Positions 16,205 through 25,839 of a stretch of DNA of 36,180 nucleotides are shown piece by piece. Source of the stretch: a virus; IMG/VR virus record IMGVR_UViG_3300032038_000319. One strand, 5' to 3'. The notes beneath the pieces were generated by a model, which was given only the letters and a program-made list of their open reading frames with translations, was not told the origin of the DNA and made no database searches. Each line of letters starts with the position of its first letter. Positions within the stretch are counted from its first letter, which is position 1. Both the position numbers and the translations under genes were made by a program.

Positions 16205-16544
16205 CGCCTTTTACTCGCTCGACTTTAAACTGCATATACATATTTGCATCTTCAACGTTTTCGGGCGGTGTTACAATCTCATATATAGCCCCGTCTTGCT
16301 TCTTTAAACGGCAATTCGCAACTATATCGGGATTATACCAACAAGTAACCTGTGCGGTGTCTATCACGCTGAAAACGCCGTTTACGGTTGTTTCCGTGCC
16401 GCCGTATGTTTTCCAATCGCAATATATTGTCAAGCCTGTTGTTGAGTAGCCCTTGACCCTTACACCGTTAACCTTGCTGTATGTAGGCACTAATAATTCA
16501 ACGGCTGTCCGCAGTTCGTTCATGTTTTTCGGTCTATAAAGCAT
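16197..16544 (-). CDS. Head closure / head-tail adaptor protein
   Basis: Track ORF, 115 aa. The ending IYEIVTPPENVEDANMYMQFKVERV is typical of SPP1 gp16-like adaptors. Confidence 0.6.
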   Translation of the reverse strand: MLYRPKNMNELRTAVELLVPTYSKVNGVRVKGYSTTGLTIYCDWKTYGGTETTVNGVFSVIDTAQVTCWYNPDIVANCRLKKQDGAIYEIVTPPENVEDANMYMQFKVERVKGGA

Positions 16545-16551
16545 AATATCC

Positions 16552-16797
16552 CTACTTTCGCATAGCCAGTTGTGAGACTAATTTTATAAACGCTTGCGAA
16601 AAATCGCCGCTGCCGTTGTTCCAAACATCATTAACTCCACGAGCGATGACTGCGGCAGAGCTGTTGACCTTTGACTGCGGTACTCCTGCACCCAGCATAA
16701 AATCTATCGTACTGTCATAATACGGCTTCATTGCTGCATCAAGTGCCGTGCCCGTTATACCCATAGCGGCTTTAACTTCATCATATAGCCCTGCCAT
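16552..16797 (-). CDS. Head-tail connector (gp6-like), by position
   Basis: Track ORF, 81 aa. It is the first of the connector genes after the capsid-associated ORFs. Confidence 0.45.
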   Translation of the reverse strand: MAGLYDEVKAAMGITGTALDAAMKPYYDSTIDFMLGAGVPQSKVNSSAAVIARGVNDVWNNGSGDFSQAFIKLVSQLAMRK

Positions 16798-16821
16798 AGT
16801 ATCACCCTTTCACCTATAGAA

Positions 16822-17181
16822 TTAAAGTCCTACCTTTGCGATAGTAACTGTGGAACTTGATAAGGTTGCGCTGTAAAGTGTGCTGCCGTCTGCTTCAACG
16901 TCTGCGCCTGCGGTCTCTGTTGCCACACCTGCAAGCGAAAAGCCCTCATAATCAAGAGCGGGTACAAAGTAAACTGTACCTGCTGTTGCTGTTGCGGCAA
17001 AATCAAAAGTCTTAACAGGCTCATTGCAAATAACTGTTGCGCTGTTTGTTGCCTGTGTAAACTCGCCGGGGGCTGTTGCCGCCAGCTTTGTTACGCTTAC
17101 GCTGCCCACCTTAAGGATAAGTGCATAAAGTGTTATAAGGTCTGTTTTTGTTACAGATACTACTCTATCATTATTAATCAT
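16822..17181 (-). CDS. Hypothetical capsid-associated protein (119 aa)
   Basis: Track ORF with a good RBS, located between the capsid and connector genes. Ala/Thr/Val-rich and predicted to be beta-rich. Confidence 0.45.
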   Translation of the reverse strand: MINNDRVVSVTKTDLITLYALILKVGSVSVTKLAATAPGEFTQATNSATVICNEPVKTFDFAATATAGTVYFVPALDYEGFSLAGVATETAGADVEADGSTLYSATLSSSTVTIAKVGL

Positions 17182-17198
17182 TTGTATTTACCTCCTTA

Positions 17199-17570
17199 TT
17201 ATCCCGTGTATGTACCCTCAACGCCGAGTATTGTCACGCCCGATTTTATGTTGCCTGCAACGATGTTCTCATCAATTGCAGCTGTAACTGCGTTAACTGT
17301 TACCTTTGATAACAGTTTTCCAGTATCGGGTGTTATCTCCTGCTGTGATGTTGTAGGTGTTACGGTCTTTGTCTGTGTTGCGGGTGATAATGTGCCTGCG
17401 ACTTCTGCGATGTTTGCTATTGCATCAGCGTTAAGTGTGGCATCTGCATCACCGTCATATTTTGCCGAGATTGCATTTAAAACCTCAACAATTGTATTTG
17501 CGTTTGCAACACCGGCAGCCGAGCCGCCGAGTGCAACATATAACGCTTTAAGTGCTTCAACATTCGTCAT
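17199..17570 (-). CDS. Putative head decoration / fibre-motif protein (123 aa)
   Basis: Track ORF directly after the major capsid gene. TQTKTVTPTTSQQEITPD..LSKVTVNAV...NIKSGVTILGVEGTYTG is a motif shared with Firmicute-phage fibre proteins. Confidence 0.5.
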   Translation of the reverse strand: MTNVEALKALYVALGGSAAGVANANTIVEVLNAISAKYDGDADATLNADAIANIAEVAGTLSPATQTKTVTPTTSQQEITPDTGKLLSKVTVNAVTAAIDENIVAGNIKSGVTILGVEGTYTG

Positions 17571-17584
17571 GTTTTAGCACCCCC

Positions 17585-18895
17585 TTACGAGCCTTTCTTG
17601 ATAAGCCATACGCCCTCGGGGTTGAGAATCTTGCCGTCTACTACAACAAGTGCCTTGTCTACCCACTCGTTTGTTTCCTCATCGAAATAGCGGCGCATTG
17701 TAAAGCCAAAATTCTCGTTGATAGCATAATCAGCAGGATTCCAGAATATGCCGATTACATCGCCTGCGCTTGCAGTATCGAAATCGGGCAGAATGTCAGG
17801 CTCAACAAGTGAAACCTCTCTGCCAAAAAATCTGCCGTTCGGATTCATTGCATCGCCGTCATTAACTTCAAGACCTGTTGCCTGTCTGAATATCGGGTTA
17901 TTGTTGCTGTCTGCCATAGTTTCAAGATAAGCATCAACAGTTGACATCGGGAAGATAAACTCACCGAATCTGTAGCCGAGCGGGATTTTAGCAAAGAAAT
18001 TCTTTCTCCAAGCTGTCCAGTTGCCAATCTGTGCGGCTGTCATTGTTACGCTGTTAGATGTAGCTATAACACGGGGGTCATTAAGTATGCCGAGCATCTG
18101 ACCGTCACCTGTGCCGTTTACAATGCCGTCATCCATAGCCTTAAGATATGCAATAGCAATTACCTCAACTATCTTTGTTTCAAAATCTTCGATAGTAAGA
18201 AGCTGTGCAAGGAATGTCTGTGCGATTCTGATTTCAGCAGTGTTGTACTTGAACATTACCGATGTAAGCTTTGCGAGCTTCTGACGGGGTGATACTGTGC
18301 TCTCGGTTACCCACTTGAAGCTTGCCTGTAATGCGCCGACAGGATACTCAACGCCACCGGGAACGCTGGTCTTTGTAACCTTTGCGTAAAGGTTGCCATA
18401 ACGCTTACGAACGGTGTTGATTACCTCTCTCATTATGGTGAGCGGAATTGCAGGTGCTGTGTCTGCTGTTGCAATCGGAACGCCTGCTCTTTCCTCTGCG
18501 GGCAGGCTCTCTCTGTATGCGTTAATAGATGAAATAACCTCAGCAGGAAGCTGTGTGCCACGCTGCACATACTTCATAAAAGCCTTTCTGTATTCAAGGC
18601 TTTCATAAGGGTTCTCGCTTGTTCTCTTTTCGGTCTTGTAGCTGCCTACTGTCACACCGGGGATAGCATTTCTTACTTTTGCAGTTGCAGGCGGTGTCTG
18701 CTGTCTTGCTTCATCTTCCTCGATTTCGTCAATCTCAGCCTGTACGTCTGCAATATCAGCATTCAGTTCGTCAAGCTGCTCTGTGAGCTGTCTTACCTCG
18801 TTAACGTCTGTGCTTGCCTTGCATCTCTCATCGAGCTGCTTCTTCTTTGCGAGAAGTCTTGCCATTCTCGCTTCAAGTCTTGTTTTCTTGTTCAT
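17585..18895 (-). CDS. Major capsid protein, HK97 family, with N-terminal coiled-coil delta/scaffold region
   Basis: Track ORF 17585..18928. Start moved to the ATG at 18895 (MNKKTRLEARMA), after GGAGGTTAAACGA. Size and position after the protease fit HK97-type capsid proteins. Confidence 0.85.
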   Translation of the reverse strand: MNKKTRLEARMARLLAKKKQLDERCKASTDVNEVRQLTEQLDELNADIADVQAEIDEIEEDEARQQTPPATAKVRNAIPGVTVGSYKTEKRTSENPYESLEYRKAFMKYVQRGTQLPAEVISSINAYRESLPAEERAGVPIATADTAPAIPLTIMREVINTVRKRYGNLYAKVTKTSVPGGVEYPVGALQASFKWVTESTVSPRQKLAKLTSVMFKYNTAEIRIAQTFLAQLLTIEDFETKIVEVIAIAYLKAMDDGIVNGTGDGQMLGILNDPRVIATSNSVTMTAAQIGNWTAWRKNFFAKIPLGYRFGEFIFPMSTVDAYLETMADSNNNPIFRQATGLEVNDGDAMNPNGRFFGREVSLVEPDILPDFDTASAGDVIGIFWNPADYAINENFGFTMRRYFDEETNEWVDKALVVVDGKILNPEGVWLIKKGS

Positions 18896-18899
18896 TCGT

Positions 18900-19535
18900 T
18901 TAACCTCCAAACTTAGATTTAAATTCAAATTTTGCCTTTAATAAATCTATCTCGGCAGTATCCACCGCCGCCGCTCTTTGCTGTTTGGCATTATCCAATG
19001 CCGCCCTCGCACTATCCAGCGCATCTTTGCTCCGAGCATTTATTTCAGTTGCATCATACGCAGGGAATGTTACTGCGCTGACTTCAACAACCGTGCCAAT
19101 TGATGTGATTGTTCGTGTGGGGTGTTCGCTTTCAAGGTCTGTCCATTCCTCGCCGTCCACAGAAAACATAAAACTCATACCCGATATATCGCCACGCTTG
19201 ACCGCAGAATATAACGCCCTTGCATCGGCATTGTTCTCGGTGTCAAGCGTTACCCTGATACCCATACCCATACTATCAACGGTCAAATGCATTGTGCTGT
19301 TGCCGTTGTTTCGTCTGCTTCTTGCAAGCGGTATTTTTGATATGTCATGGTTTACCAAAAAACGAACATCTGTTAAATCGGCATTGTTGAGAGCACCGAC
19401 CGCTATCATTTCATCAAAAAGACCTAAGTCCGTGCGGGAATTATAAACGATCGGTCTGCCCGTGATGATGTTTCCGTTTTCGGTTTCCTCTGCTCTTATT
19501 TCAAAGCAAAACGCTCTTTGTTCAAGTTCATTCAT
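18900..19535 (-). CDS. Prohead serine protease (HK97 / S78 family)
   Basis: Track ORF, 211 aa. FEIRAEETENGNIITGRPIVYNSRTDLG.FDEMI and FLVNHD...PLARS fit the prohead protease pattern. Confidence 0.8.
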   Translation of the reverse strand: MNELEQRAFCFEIRAEETENGNIITGRPIVYNSRTDLGLFDEMIAVGALNNADLTDVRFLVNHDISKIPLARSRRNNGNSTMHLTVDSMGMGIRVTLDTENNADARALYSAVKRGDISGMSFMFSVDGEEWTDLESEHPTRTITSIGTVVEVSAVTFPAYDATEINARSKDALDSARAALDNAKQQRAAAVDTAEIDLLKAKFEFKSKFGG

Positions 19536-19540
19536 TATCT

Positions 19541-19705
19541 TTAACTCCCCTCTTCCTCGGGTTCATCTATCTCATACGGCTCACCCGTGATTTCCTCATA
19601 TTGCTCTGAGGTTATCCACTTGCCGACTGCATTATACACCCTCTGCTTACTCCATAAACCACGCTCATAGTACCCTTTTACCATATCATACTTGTTCTTC
19701 GGCAT
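19541..19705 (-). CDS. XkdX-family small protein
   Basis: Track ORF 19541..19732, trimmed to the ATG at 19705. MPKNKYDMVKGYYERGLWSKQRVYNAVGKWITSEQYEEITGEPY matches the XkdX signature. Confidence 0.65.
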   Translation of the reverse strand: MPKNKYDMVKGYYERGLWSKQRVYNAVGKWITSEQYEEITGEPYEIDEPEEEGS

Positions 19706-19853
19706 CTTTCTCTTCCTCCTCGTCAAGTTCAATATCGCTCATCATCGCCATATATTCCATATCAGCTTTTGTTTTAATAAGGTCTGATAATACAGCTTCA
19801 ATGTTTCTACGCTCCTCTGCGATTTGTTCGATTATGTTTTTGTGTATAAACAT
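19686..19853 (-). CDS. Small acidic protein (55 aa) of the type that precedes XkdX after fibre genes
   Basis: Not in the track. ATG at 19853 follows AAGAGGTGATATAA. My translation is MFIHKNIIEQIAEERRNIEAVLSDLIKTKADMEYMAMMSDIELDEEEEKDAEEQV*. Confidence 0.45.
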   Translation of the reverse strand: MFIHKNIIEQIAEERRNIEAVLSDLIKTKADMEYMAMMSDIELDEEEEKDAEEQV

Positions 19854-19866
19854 TTATATCACCTCT

Positions 19867-21186
19867 TTATATGATGTTGCAAGCTGGCGCCACTCCAACA
19901 CTGTTGTAAGCATAGTTGTAGTACATACTGCCAGCCGAGTGCACAGTGTACACGCGGTAGGAGTTGGACGAGTAATGTGAGCGGAGCCAGTAATTACTTG
20001 CGCTTCCATTTCTATACATAATTCTCGATGCGTCATTAGAATAAGGCGTATATTTTGTGCCCTCACCACTATAGTCACTACTAACCTGAGATTGCGACAT
20101 TAAAAAGAAATAATCCTCTGTGGTGTAAGTACCGTTTATTGCACCTGTTGATGTATCGAAATACTTAGTAGTAACTTGTGTTTTGCCAATAGCACCTAAG
20201 AACTCAGGGTCTAAATCATACATAAACCCATTCATTGTTTCGGCATAAGCAGGAGGTCTATCCCACGGATTCTGAGGTTCCCACCATTGACCTGCTGGTT
20301 TGTCGCTATTAAGCCATTGTCTTATAGCGCTTTCCTTCCAATCGCCTGAGCCATATTTTCGTCTATGGTCTGTATTAAGATTTCCACTGCGGCTGCGAGT
20401 GTCATTAACCAATGTACCGAGATTTGTTCCTGAACTACCTGAAGTTACGCTAACTGTTTCGATAGGCGTTGTACTGCTACCACTTACATACGAACTTAAA
20501 GTTGAATTATCAGTACAAACAAGCTGACCACCAACGGGCACAGATTGTGTAAGCGTAAATTTATACTTTGCACTACCCGTCATATAGTAATATGTGCCCG
20601 CATTTAAAGCACTTGTTTGGCAAGCATAAAATGCTTCAGGTGCATCAAACACTAAATCATCAGGCAGTAAGTTATGGACTCTAAGTGTAAGAGCGTGAGA
20701 AAGATTAGGGTTTGCAGGTGTATCTATATCTTTGCCAATAACATCCCAAGTCAATTCACCACTACCTTGACTACAAGTGTATTGGTCGCCTATTGATATA
20801 TCGCCCATATCATTAGCTCTAACTTTCTGCTGTAATTCATCCCAAGCGGAAACAATTACTGCACTTCCCGTTATAAGTTCACCAGCTGCGTTATACGCTG
20901 TAATACCATCTGCAAGGGTTTCAGCCGTGACCGTTGTGGGTTGACTTAACATTGTTCCAGTTATCTGCTGCCCTGCCGCATTGTGGGCGGTATATCCGCT
21001 TTTTAGTGTTGCCGCCGTGACTGTGTCATTACTTGTATCAACGCCCGTTAAAATGCCATTAATCGCTGTCGGAAACTCTTCCAAGCCGTCACCCTGTGCG
21101 ACTGTGCCGCCTTTTGCTGTGATAGCATTTGCAATAGCTGTTTTTGCATCAACCAAACGTTGTAAATTTTCTGCGATTGTAGGCAT
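19867..21186 (-). CDS. Fibre / receptor-binding-like protein (439 aa) with DUF6273-like C-terminus
   Basis: Track ORF. N-terminus is ENLQRLVDAKTAIANAITAKGGTV. It has duplicated T.TA.TL..G.TA.NAAG..ITG motifs. The C-terminal YWLRS...SVGVAPACNII resembles the WW/YWLRS...GVRPA ending of DUF6273 proteins. This is from memory. Confidence 0.6.
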   Translation of the reverse strand: MPTIAENLQRLVDAKTAIANAITAKGGTVAQGDGLEEFPTAINGILTGVDTSNDTVTAATLKSGYTAHNAAGQQITGTMLSQPTTVTAETLADGITAYNAAGELITGSAVIVSAWDELQQKVRANDMGDISIGDQYTCSQGSGELTWDVIGKDIDTPANPNLSHALTLRVHNLLPDDLVFDAPEAFYACQTSALNAGTYYYMTGSAKYKFTLTQSVPVGGQLVCTDNSTLSSYVSGSSTTPIETVSVTSGSSGTNLGTLVNDTRSRSGNLNTDHRRKYGSGDWKESAIRQWLNSDKPAGQWWEPQNPWDRPPAYAETMNGFMYDLDPEFLGAIGKTQVTTKYFDTSTGAINGTYTTEDYFFLMSQSQVSSDYSGEGTKYTPYSNDASRIMYRNGSASNYWLRSHYSSNSYRVYTVHSAGSMYYNYAYNSVGVAPACNII

Positions 21187-21765
21187 TTACAACACCCCCT
21201 CTATCGTGGTGTTTATATCTCCGATAGTGTCTTGTATATCGGAAATATCGCTTGTATTCGTGCCGATTTGCGTTTTATCGGCTGCGGTCAAACCGCTCTG
21301 TATTGTTGCCCATTGTGCCGCCGTGAATGATGAATTGTTTAACGCATACTCAAATGCCCACGCTGTGCCGTTGTATTTGTAGCGATTGTATACTGTATTT
21401 CCTGCGGTATCTGTACCGGCAACAAACGCATAGTCATTATTTGTGACTGTTCCGCTGTATGCCTCTAATTCCGCAACGCTGTTAAACGTTCCAATAAAAT
21501 TGGCTGTGTTTGTTGATACCGAGGAATTGACAAAGTTGTATATTGCCTTGTTCTGCACGGCATTTTCACTTGTTCCGTTGACCTGTGTATCAACCTCAAC
21601 GCCGCCACCCTGCTCGATAGCTTCTTTTAACTCAATCAGCAACGCTTCAATTCTGCTCTGTGGCGGTGCTGTGTACTCAACGCCGTCTATGATAGCCGTT
21701 AGTATCGCTTCATTTCTGCTCTGCGGCGGTGCTGTGTACTGCACACCGCTGTTGTTCCTACTCAT
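21187..21765 (-). CDS. Fibre-associated structural protein (192 aa) with duplicated YTAPPQSR.EA.L motif
   Basis: Track ORF. The internal repeat VQYTAPPQSRNEAILTAI / VEYTAPPQSRIEALLIEL is a motif common at N-termini of Firmicute-phage fibre proteins. Confidence 0.5.
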   Translation of the reverse strand: MSRNNSGVQYTAPPQSRNEAILTAIIDGVEYTAPPQSRIEALLIELKEAIEQGGGVEVDTQVNGTSENAVQNKAIYNFVNSSVSTNTANFIGTFNSVAELEAYSGTVTNNDYAFVAGTDTAGNTVYNRYKYNGTAWAFEYALNNSSFTAAQWATIQSGLTAADKTQIGTNTSDISDIQDTIGDINTTIEGVL

Positions 21766-21769
21766 AGCC

Positions 21770-23029
21770 TTATACCTCCGTTCGCTCTTCGTCTACAACG
21801 TCAATTTTTACATTTGCGCCTGCCTGATACTGTGCCGCCAAATCTGCATCAATCCAGTTCAGCGACATATAACGTTTACCCTCTAATTCGGGCAAAGGTC
21901 TTAAGCCCAGCCACGTTCTATACTCGTTTACATAGCCGCCGCCCTGCGGTGCTATTGTGTTTATCATTTCGAGCGTTTGTGATACCGTCATAAAGATTAA
22001 TTCTTTTGGGTATAACTCTATGCGATTTCCAAACGCCTTTTCACGGCACGTAAACAGCTTTTTCGTGAATGCCTGCGAAATCGCCTTGATTATCGGCTCT
22101 AACGTGCGCTGATAGAATGCTTCGTATGTTTCTTTTGTGTAGTTTGAGTTAAGAATATCGACAGGAACGCCAAAATTTCTTAAAATCTTTTCATCAACGA
22201 ATTTGAGTGTCTTATCGTCAACAATCTCGCTTTTACGCTCAAACGGCGTAAACTCCGCTTTAAGGTCAATCGGCAAAAATCCGCTTTCTGAATTTTGAAG
22301 CTTTCGCTCTAATTCTTTTAAATTGCGTTCCATATCTCCGTCATCAAGCAGGGTATTGTATTTCACAATACCATTGACTTGATACGATGATTTCATCGCC
22401 TTTGCAACACCTTTTAAAAGTTCCTCATTAAGTTCGAGGGTCTTTAAAAGTGCCATGTTGTCAGGCTGTCCCATTCTGTCGCCGCCCATATACTGATTAA
22501 CGCTGTAATTGTATCTGATATGTATTACATCATCGTATGGTATTGTGGTTTTCTCGCCGTTCCAAAACCAAAACGTCACGTATAATCTGCCGCTCTCATC
22601 TTCGATAAAATCGACCTGTGTCGGCTGTATCGGATATAGTGCTTCATAATATCTGCGCTCTTCGCCTGTCTTTTCGTCTGTCCATACCCTATAAACAGGT
22701 ATTACAAACGCATTGTAATTCATCAAGAGCAGATAGCATATTTTCTCTATAAATTCCGATGTTGTCATTAATGGATTAGGCTCGTTTAATACGTCTTGCA
22801 CCGTACTCTTGACGGGTATCGGGTCTGTATCTCTGTATCTGACGTGTGTCGGGTTGAGTTTCTTCATTTCGTCAACGATACACTTTAACGCCTGCTTAAC
22901 AACATCGCTTGCATAAATATTTGTGCCAAACTGCGAAAACAGGGGCATATAGCCGTCTAATGTCGGCGCAAACCTCCGCTTTGCAGGCGGCTTGTGAAAA
23001 AGTTTATCAAAAAGCCCCGTATAAATCAC
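21770..23029 (-). CDS. Portal protein (HK97 family)
   Basis: Track ORF, 419 aa, with a 4-nt overlap with terL. Size and sequence character fit HK97-type portals. Confidence 0.8.
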   Translation of the reverse strand: MIYTGLFDKLFHKPPAKRRFAPTLDGYMPLFSQFGTNIYASDVVKQALKCIVDEMKKLNPTHVRYRDTDPIPVKSTVQDVLNEPNPLMTTSEFIEKICYLLLMNYNAFVIPVYRVWTDEKTGEERRYYEALYPIQPTQVDFIEDESGRLYVTFWFWNGEKTTIPYDDVIHIRYNYSVNQYMGGDRMGQPDNMALLKTLELNEELLKGVAKAMKSSYQVNGIVKYNTLLDDGDMERNLKELERKLQNSESGFLPIDLKAEFTPFERKSEIVDDKTLKFVDEKILRNFGVPVDILNSNYTKETYEAFYQRTLEPIIKAISQAFTKKLFTCREKAFGNRIELYPKELIFMTVSQTLEMINTIAPQGGGYVNEYRTWLGLRPLPELEGKRYMSLNWIDADLAAQYQAGANVKIDVVDEERTEV

Positions 23030-24711
23030 CCTTTCAGCATTTTTACAAAGTCGCTTCTATATCGGCGGTACATCTCATAAGCTATTGTGAGCGTGACCGC
23101 TCCGTCTATGCGCTTGCTCGGTATCTTTTTTACTACCTGACAATTGCCTAAGTTGTCAACGTCAAGGGCAGCATTACCAAAACACCACGCATCAACCTCA
23201 TTCTGATTGTAGTTTATTAGTTGCTGTTTAAAATCCGCTTCGCACAGCTTCACAGCATTTGATAATGTCAATTTATTTTGTATAACGATCTCGGTGTCAA
23301 ATCCGTATTCGTCCATTCGCTTCAAAAATTCCTTTGAAAACTTAACGTCATATCCGCATTTATACACCTTGATTTTGTATTCCTTATACACCTTGAAAAA
23401 CCAATCAGCGACAAGCGTTAAATCAATATCATTACCCTCGCAGATAGTCAATAGCCCAGCCTGCACCCATTCTTTATACTTTGCGCCTGCTTCTTTATCA
23501 TCGCTATCCGTCAATTTGCTCTCAGGTATAAAATAATGCGACAAGATGTATTTGCTCTTGTCGCCTTTTCTCATTAACAATATTTTTGCGCTGGTCATAT
23601 CTGTTGTTTCTGACATATCCACGCCGCCGAGACCTATTGCACCCCGGAAATCGTCTATATCATATACCGCCTGATATGCATAATCCTCTATGTTCAACCA
23701 AGATTTCACGCTGTTTTGCTTGAAATTAAAATCCTTTGACAATACAAATATTCTGTCAGCGGTGCTTTTCCTTGCCGCCGCTATCTGCGTTCTCAAATAA
23801 TCCCATTTCTTAACAACGCCGAGCGAGGGATTTGATTTTTCCCAGCTTTTTTCATTCTGCCATATTTCTTGTTCGCTGTCCTGCGTGTAAAGCCACGGCA
23901 GAAACCTTTCAGCGGCTATATCATCATTTTCGCCGTTGATTGTTTTTCTTGCATCTCTTAACAACTCATCGAGTGCGCCGTCATTAACAAAGCCCTCTGT
24001 TGTTATCATTATCAGCTTTGGATTATCTTTCAAAGATTGCGATTGCTCAATTGATTTGATAATTGTATTATCTTTCATTTCGTGTATCTCATCAACCGCC
24101 GCATAATCAATATTACGCCCCTCTTTATTTCGGGTGCGGTCTGACAGCTTAAAAATCTTTGAGTTATTGACATTGATTTTGATAAAACGCTGATTTCTGC
24201 CCGTGTCAATTTGTTCAGGGTCAATCAGCGTCCTCATAACATCTATCGCATCATATAAAATGCTTGCTTGTATATCATCATTCGATGAGCAAACAAGGTC
24301 AGCACCCTCGTTTCCGATAATGCTCTCTGTCAATATCAATGCCGAGGTGAGTTCTGACTTGGTATTTTTGCGCCCAATCATAAGCAACGCTCTTTGAAAC
24401 CTGTCAGCGTGCTTGATATTGCCGTTTACATCGGTAAATGTGATATCACGCATTTTAAAGCTGTAAAGCACCTCAATAAATGCCTTTTGCCACAGCATCA
24501 GCTTCATTGGCTTGCCGTAAAAAGGTGACTTTGTAAGCTTGATACAATTCTCCATAAAATCAATTCTGATTTCTGCATCTGTGGTATCGTATATATAGCG
24601 TTCATCGTCAAGGTCATTGATAAGATTGTCAAGTTCCGTTATCAGCTCCACACCTGCGATGATTTCTTTGCGGCGAATAGCATCTCGATATTGTATAAGA
24701 TAATTACTCAT
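23026..24711 (-). CDS. terL: Terminase large subunit (Terminase_1-like)
   Basis: Track ORF, 561 aa. It has a Walker A-like MIGRKNTKS, a DEIHE Walker B-like segment (AAVDEIHEM) and a nuclease half. Confidence 0.85.
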   Translation of the reverse strand: MSNYLIQYRDAIRRKEIIAGVELITELDNLINDLDDERYIYDTTDAEIRIDFMENCIKLTKSPFYGKPMKLMLWQKAFIEVLYSFKMRDITFTDVNGNIKHADRFQRALLMIGRKNTKSELTSALILTESIIGNEGADLVCSSNDDIQASILYDAIDVMRTLIDPEQIDTGRNQRFIKINVNNSKIFKLSDRTRNKEGRNIDYAAVDEIHEMKDNTIIKSIEQSQSLKDNPKLIMITTEGFVNDGALDELLRDARKTINGENDDIAAERFLPWLYTQDSEQEIWQNEKSWEKSNPSLGVVKKWDYLRTQIAAARKSTADRIFVLSKDFNFKQNSVKSWLNIEDYAYQAVYDIDDFRGAIGLGGVDMSETTDMTSAKILLMRKGDKSKYILSHYFIPESKLTDSDDKEAGAKYKEWVQAGLLTICEGNDIDLTLVADWFFKVYKEYKIKVYKCGYDVKFSKEFLKRMDEYGFDTEIVIQNKLTLSNAVKLCEADFKQQLINYNQNEVDAWCFGNAALDVDNLGNCQVVKKIPSKRIDGAVTLTIAYEMYRRYRSDFVKMLKG

Positions 24712-24998
24712 TGTTTTAATTTCTGCAAATATTCCCTCAAGGGTGACGTTTCGGAATTGCCCGTTTCCTTGATAAGCAGTTTTACTATCTCTTTATATGC
24801 AGATAAGCATTTTTGATATGCATAAAATGCATCTGTTGTTTTCATCTGTGCCTTGTTTTTCGGGTTGACTTTATAAAAATTAAACTGTTTTAATTCGTCC
24901 AGTTCTTTTTCAAGGTCAATCATTTCCTCGATGAGCCGTGAGGTCTTTATATCTGTCGCCAGTTTTTTAAGCTGTTTTATCCTTTTTTCTTTATCCAT
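24708..24998 (-). CDS. Putative terminase small subunit (by position; P27-like size)
   Basis: Track ORF 24708..25007, trimmed to the ATG at 24998 after AAGGTG. It has a 4-nt overlap with terL and is downstream of an HNH gene, as in HNH/P27-type cos packaging modules. Confidence 0.45.
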   Translation of the reverse strand: MDKEKRIKQLKKLATDIKTSRLIEEMIDLEKELDELKQFNFYKVNPKNKAQMKTTDAFYAYQKCLSAYKEIVKLLIKETGNSETSPLREYLQKLKQ

Positions 24999-25140
24999 TT
25001 TCCACACCTTTTTGTTTTTTCGTATTTAATGGAATGATATATCACTTTTTCAGATTTTTTCAATTTTTAAAATTTTGGAATTTAAAATTGCCTTGCGTGT
25101 TTATGAGTAGCCCCATACCAATCCCCAAGGGCTAAATTTT

Positions 25141-25839
25141 TTAATCGATAGGGGGGGCATATCTGTCAAACCAAGTGTCAATATATTCAATCCATTCGTT
25201 TGATTTCTGCTTTGCTCTCTCAATGCAAACATCTTTCGGCGTATCTATAAATATGATCTGCTTTGCGCCTACTGTTTCTGCTAAACGTTCACGCTCTCCT
25301 TGTAAAGGATATCCACCAATAATAAATGCTTTGCGCCAACGCCCACGCCTGACCCGTATCATGTCAAGCAAAGCATCTCGCAAAGCAAATACATTCTGTT
25401 TCAATTCATTTGGCTTTTCATATGCTGTGCAGCTTTCGGCTCTTATTGCCGCCCATAGCCTGTCAATGTCAAGGATAATGTCGCCGCTCTCGGCATTCTC
25501 TTTAACCCACGTTGACTTGCCTGAACACGGCGCACCATATACAATAAATACTTCCTGCTCTCTGTGAGTGTTATATCCGAAGCGTTTGTGTATTTCGTTA
25601 TGGCATTTGAAATGTATCAGCATAACGTTCTTCGGATTTAAAGATATCATCGCATCATCTACGTTATCATCTGTTAACTCTTCGATGTGATGTCCGATAC
25701 AATCATACGCTTTTACTATCGGCTTTCCGCAATGCTCACAAATAATTGAGCCGTCTGCCTGTGTGCGTTCCTGCCGTAATGTGTTTATAAATCCCTCCCA
25801 TTTACGAGATTTATAAAACCTCTGTAGCTTTTCACTCAT
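25141..25839 (-). CDS. HNH endonuclease fused to a P-loop kinase/NTPase-like domain
   Basis: Track ORF 25141..25866. Start set to the ATG at 25839, which forms an ATGA overlap. The HNH motif is CEHCGKPI...GHHIEEL...N...HFKCHNEIH. The Walker A is VYGAPCSGKSTW, followed by an AAA_33/zeta-like segment. Confidence 0.7.
   Translation of the reverse strand: MSEKLQRFYKSRKWEGFINTLRQERTQADGSIICEHCGKPIVKAYDCIGHHIEELTDDNVDDAMISLNPKNVMLIHFKCHNEIHKRFGYNTHREQEVFIVYGAPCSGKSTWVKENAESGDIILDIDRLWAAIRAESCTAYEKPNELKQNVFALRDALLDMIRVRRGRWRKAFIIGGYPLQGERERLAETVGAKQIIFIDTPKDVCIERAKQKSNEWIEYIDTWFDRYAPPID

Noticed and set aside
25110-25140. Hairpin TAGCCC/GGGCTA after the HNH fusion gene as a rho-independent terminator of the - strand
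   Set aside because: On the - strand the hairpin has a 15-nt loop and is not followed by a T-run. The T-run is on the + strand, where there is no gene. It is kept only as part of the possible cos region.
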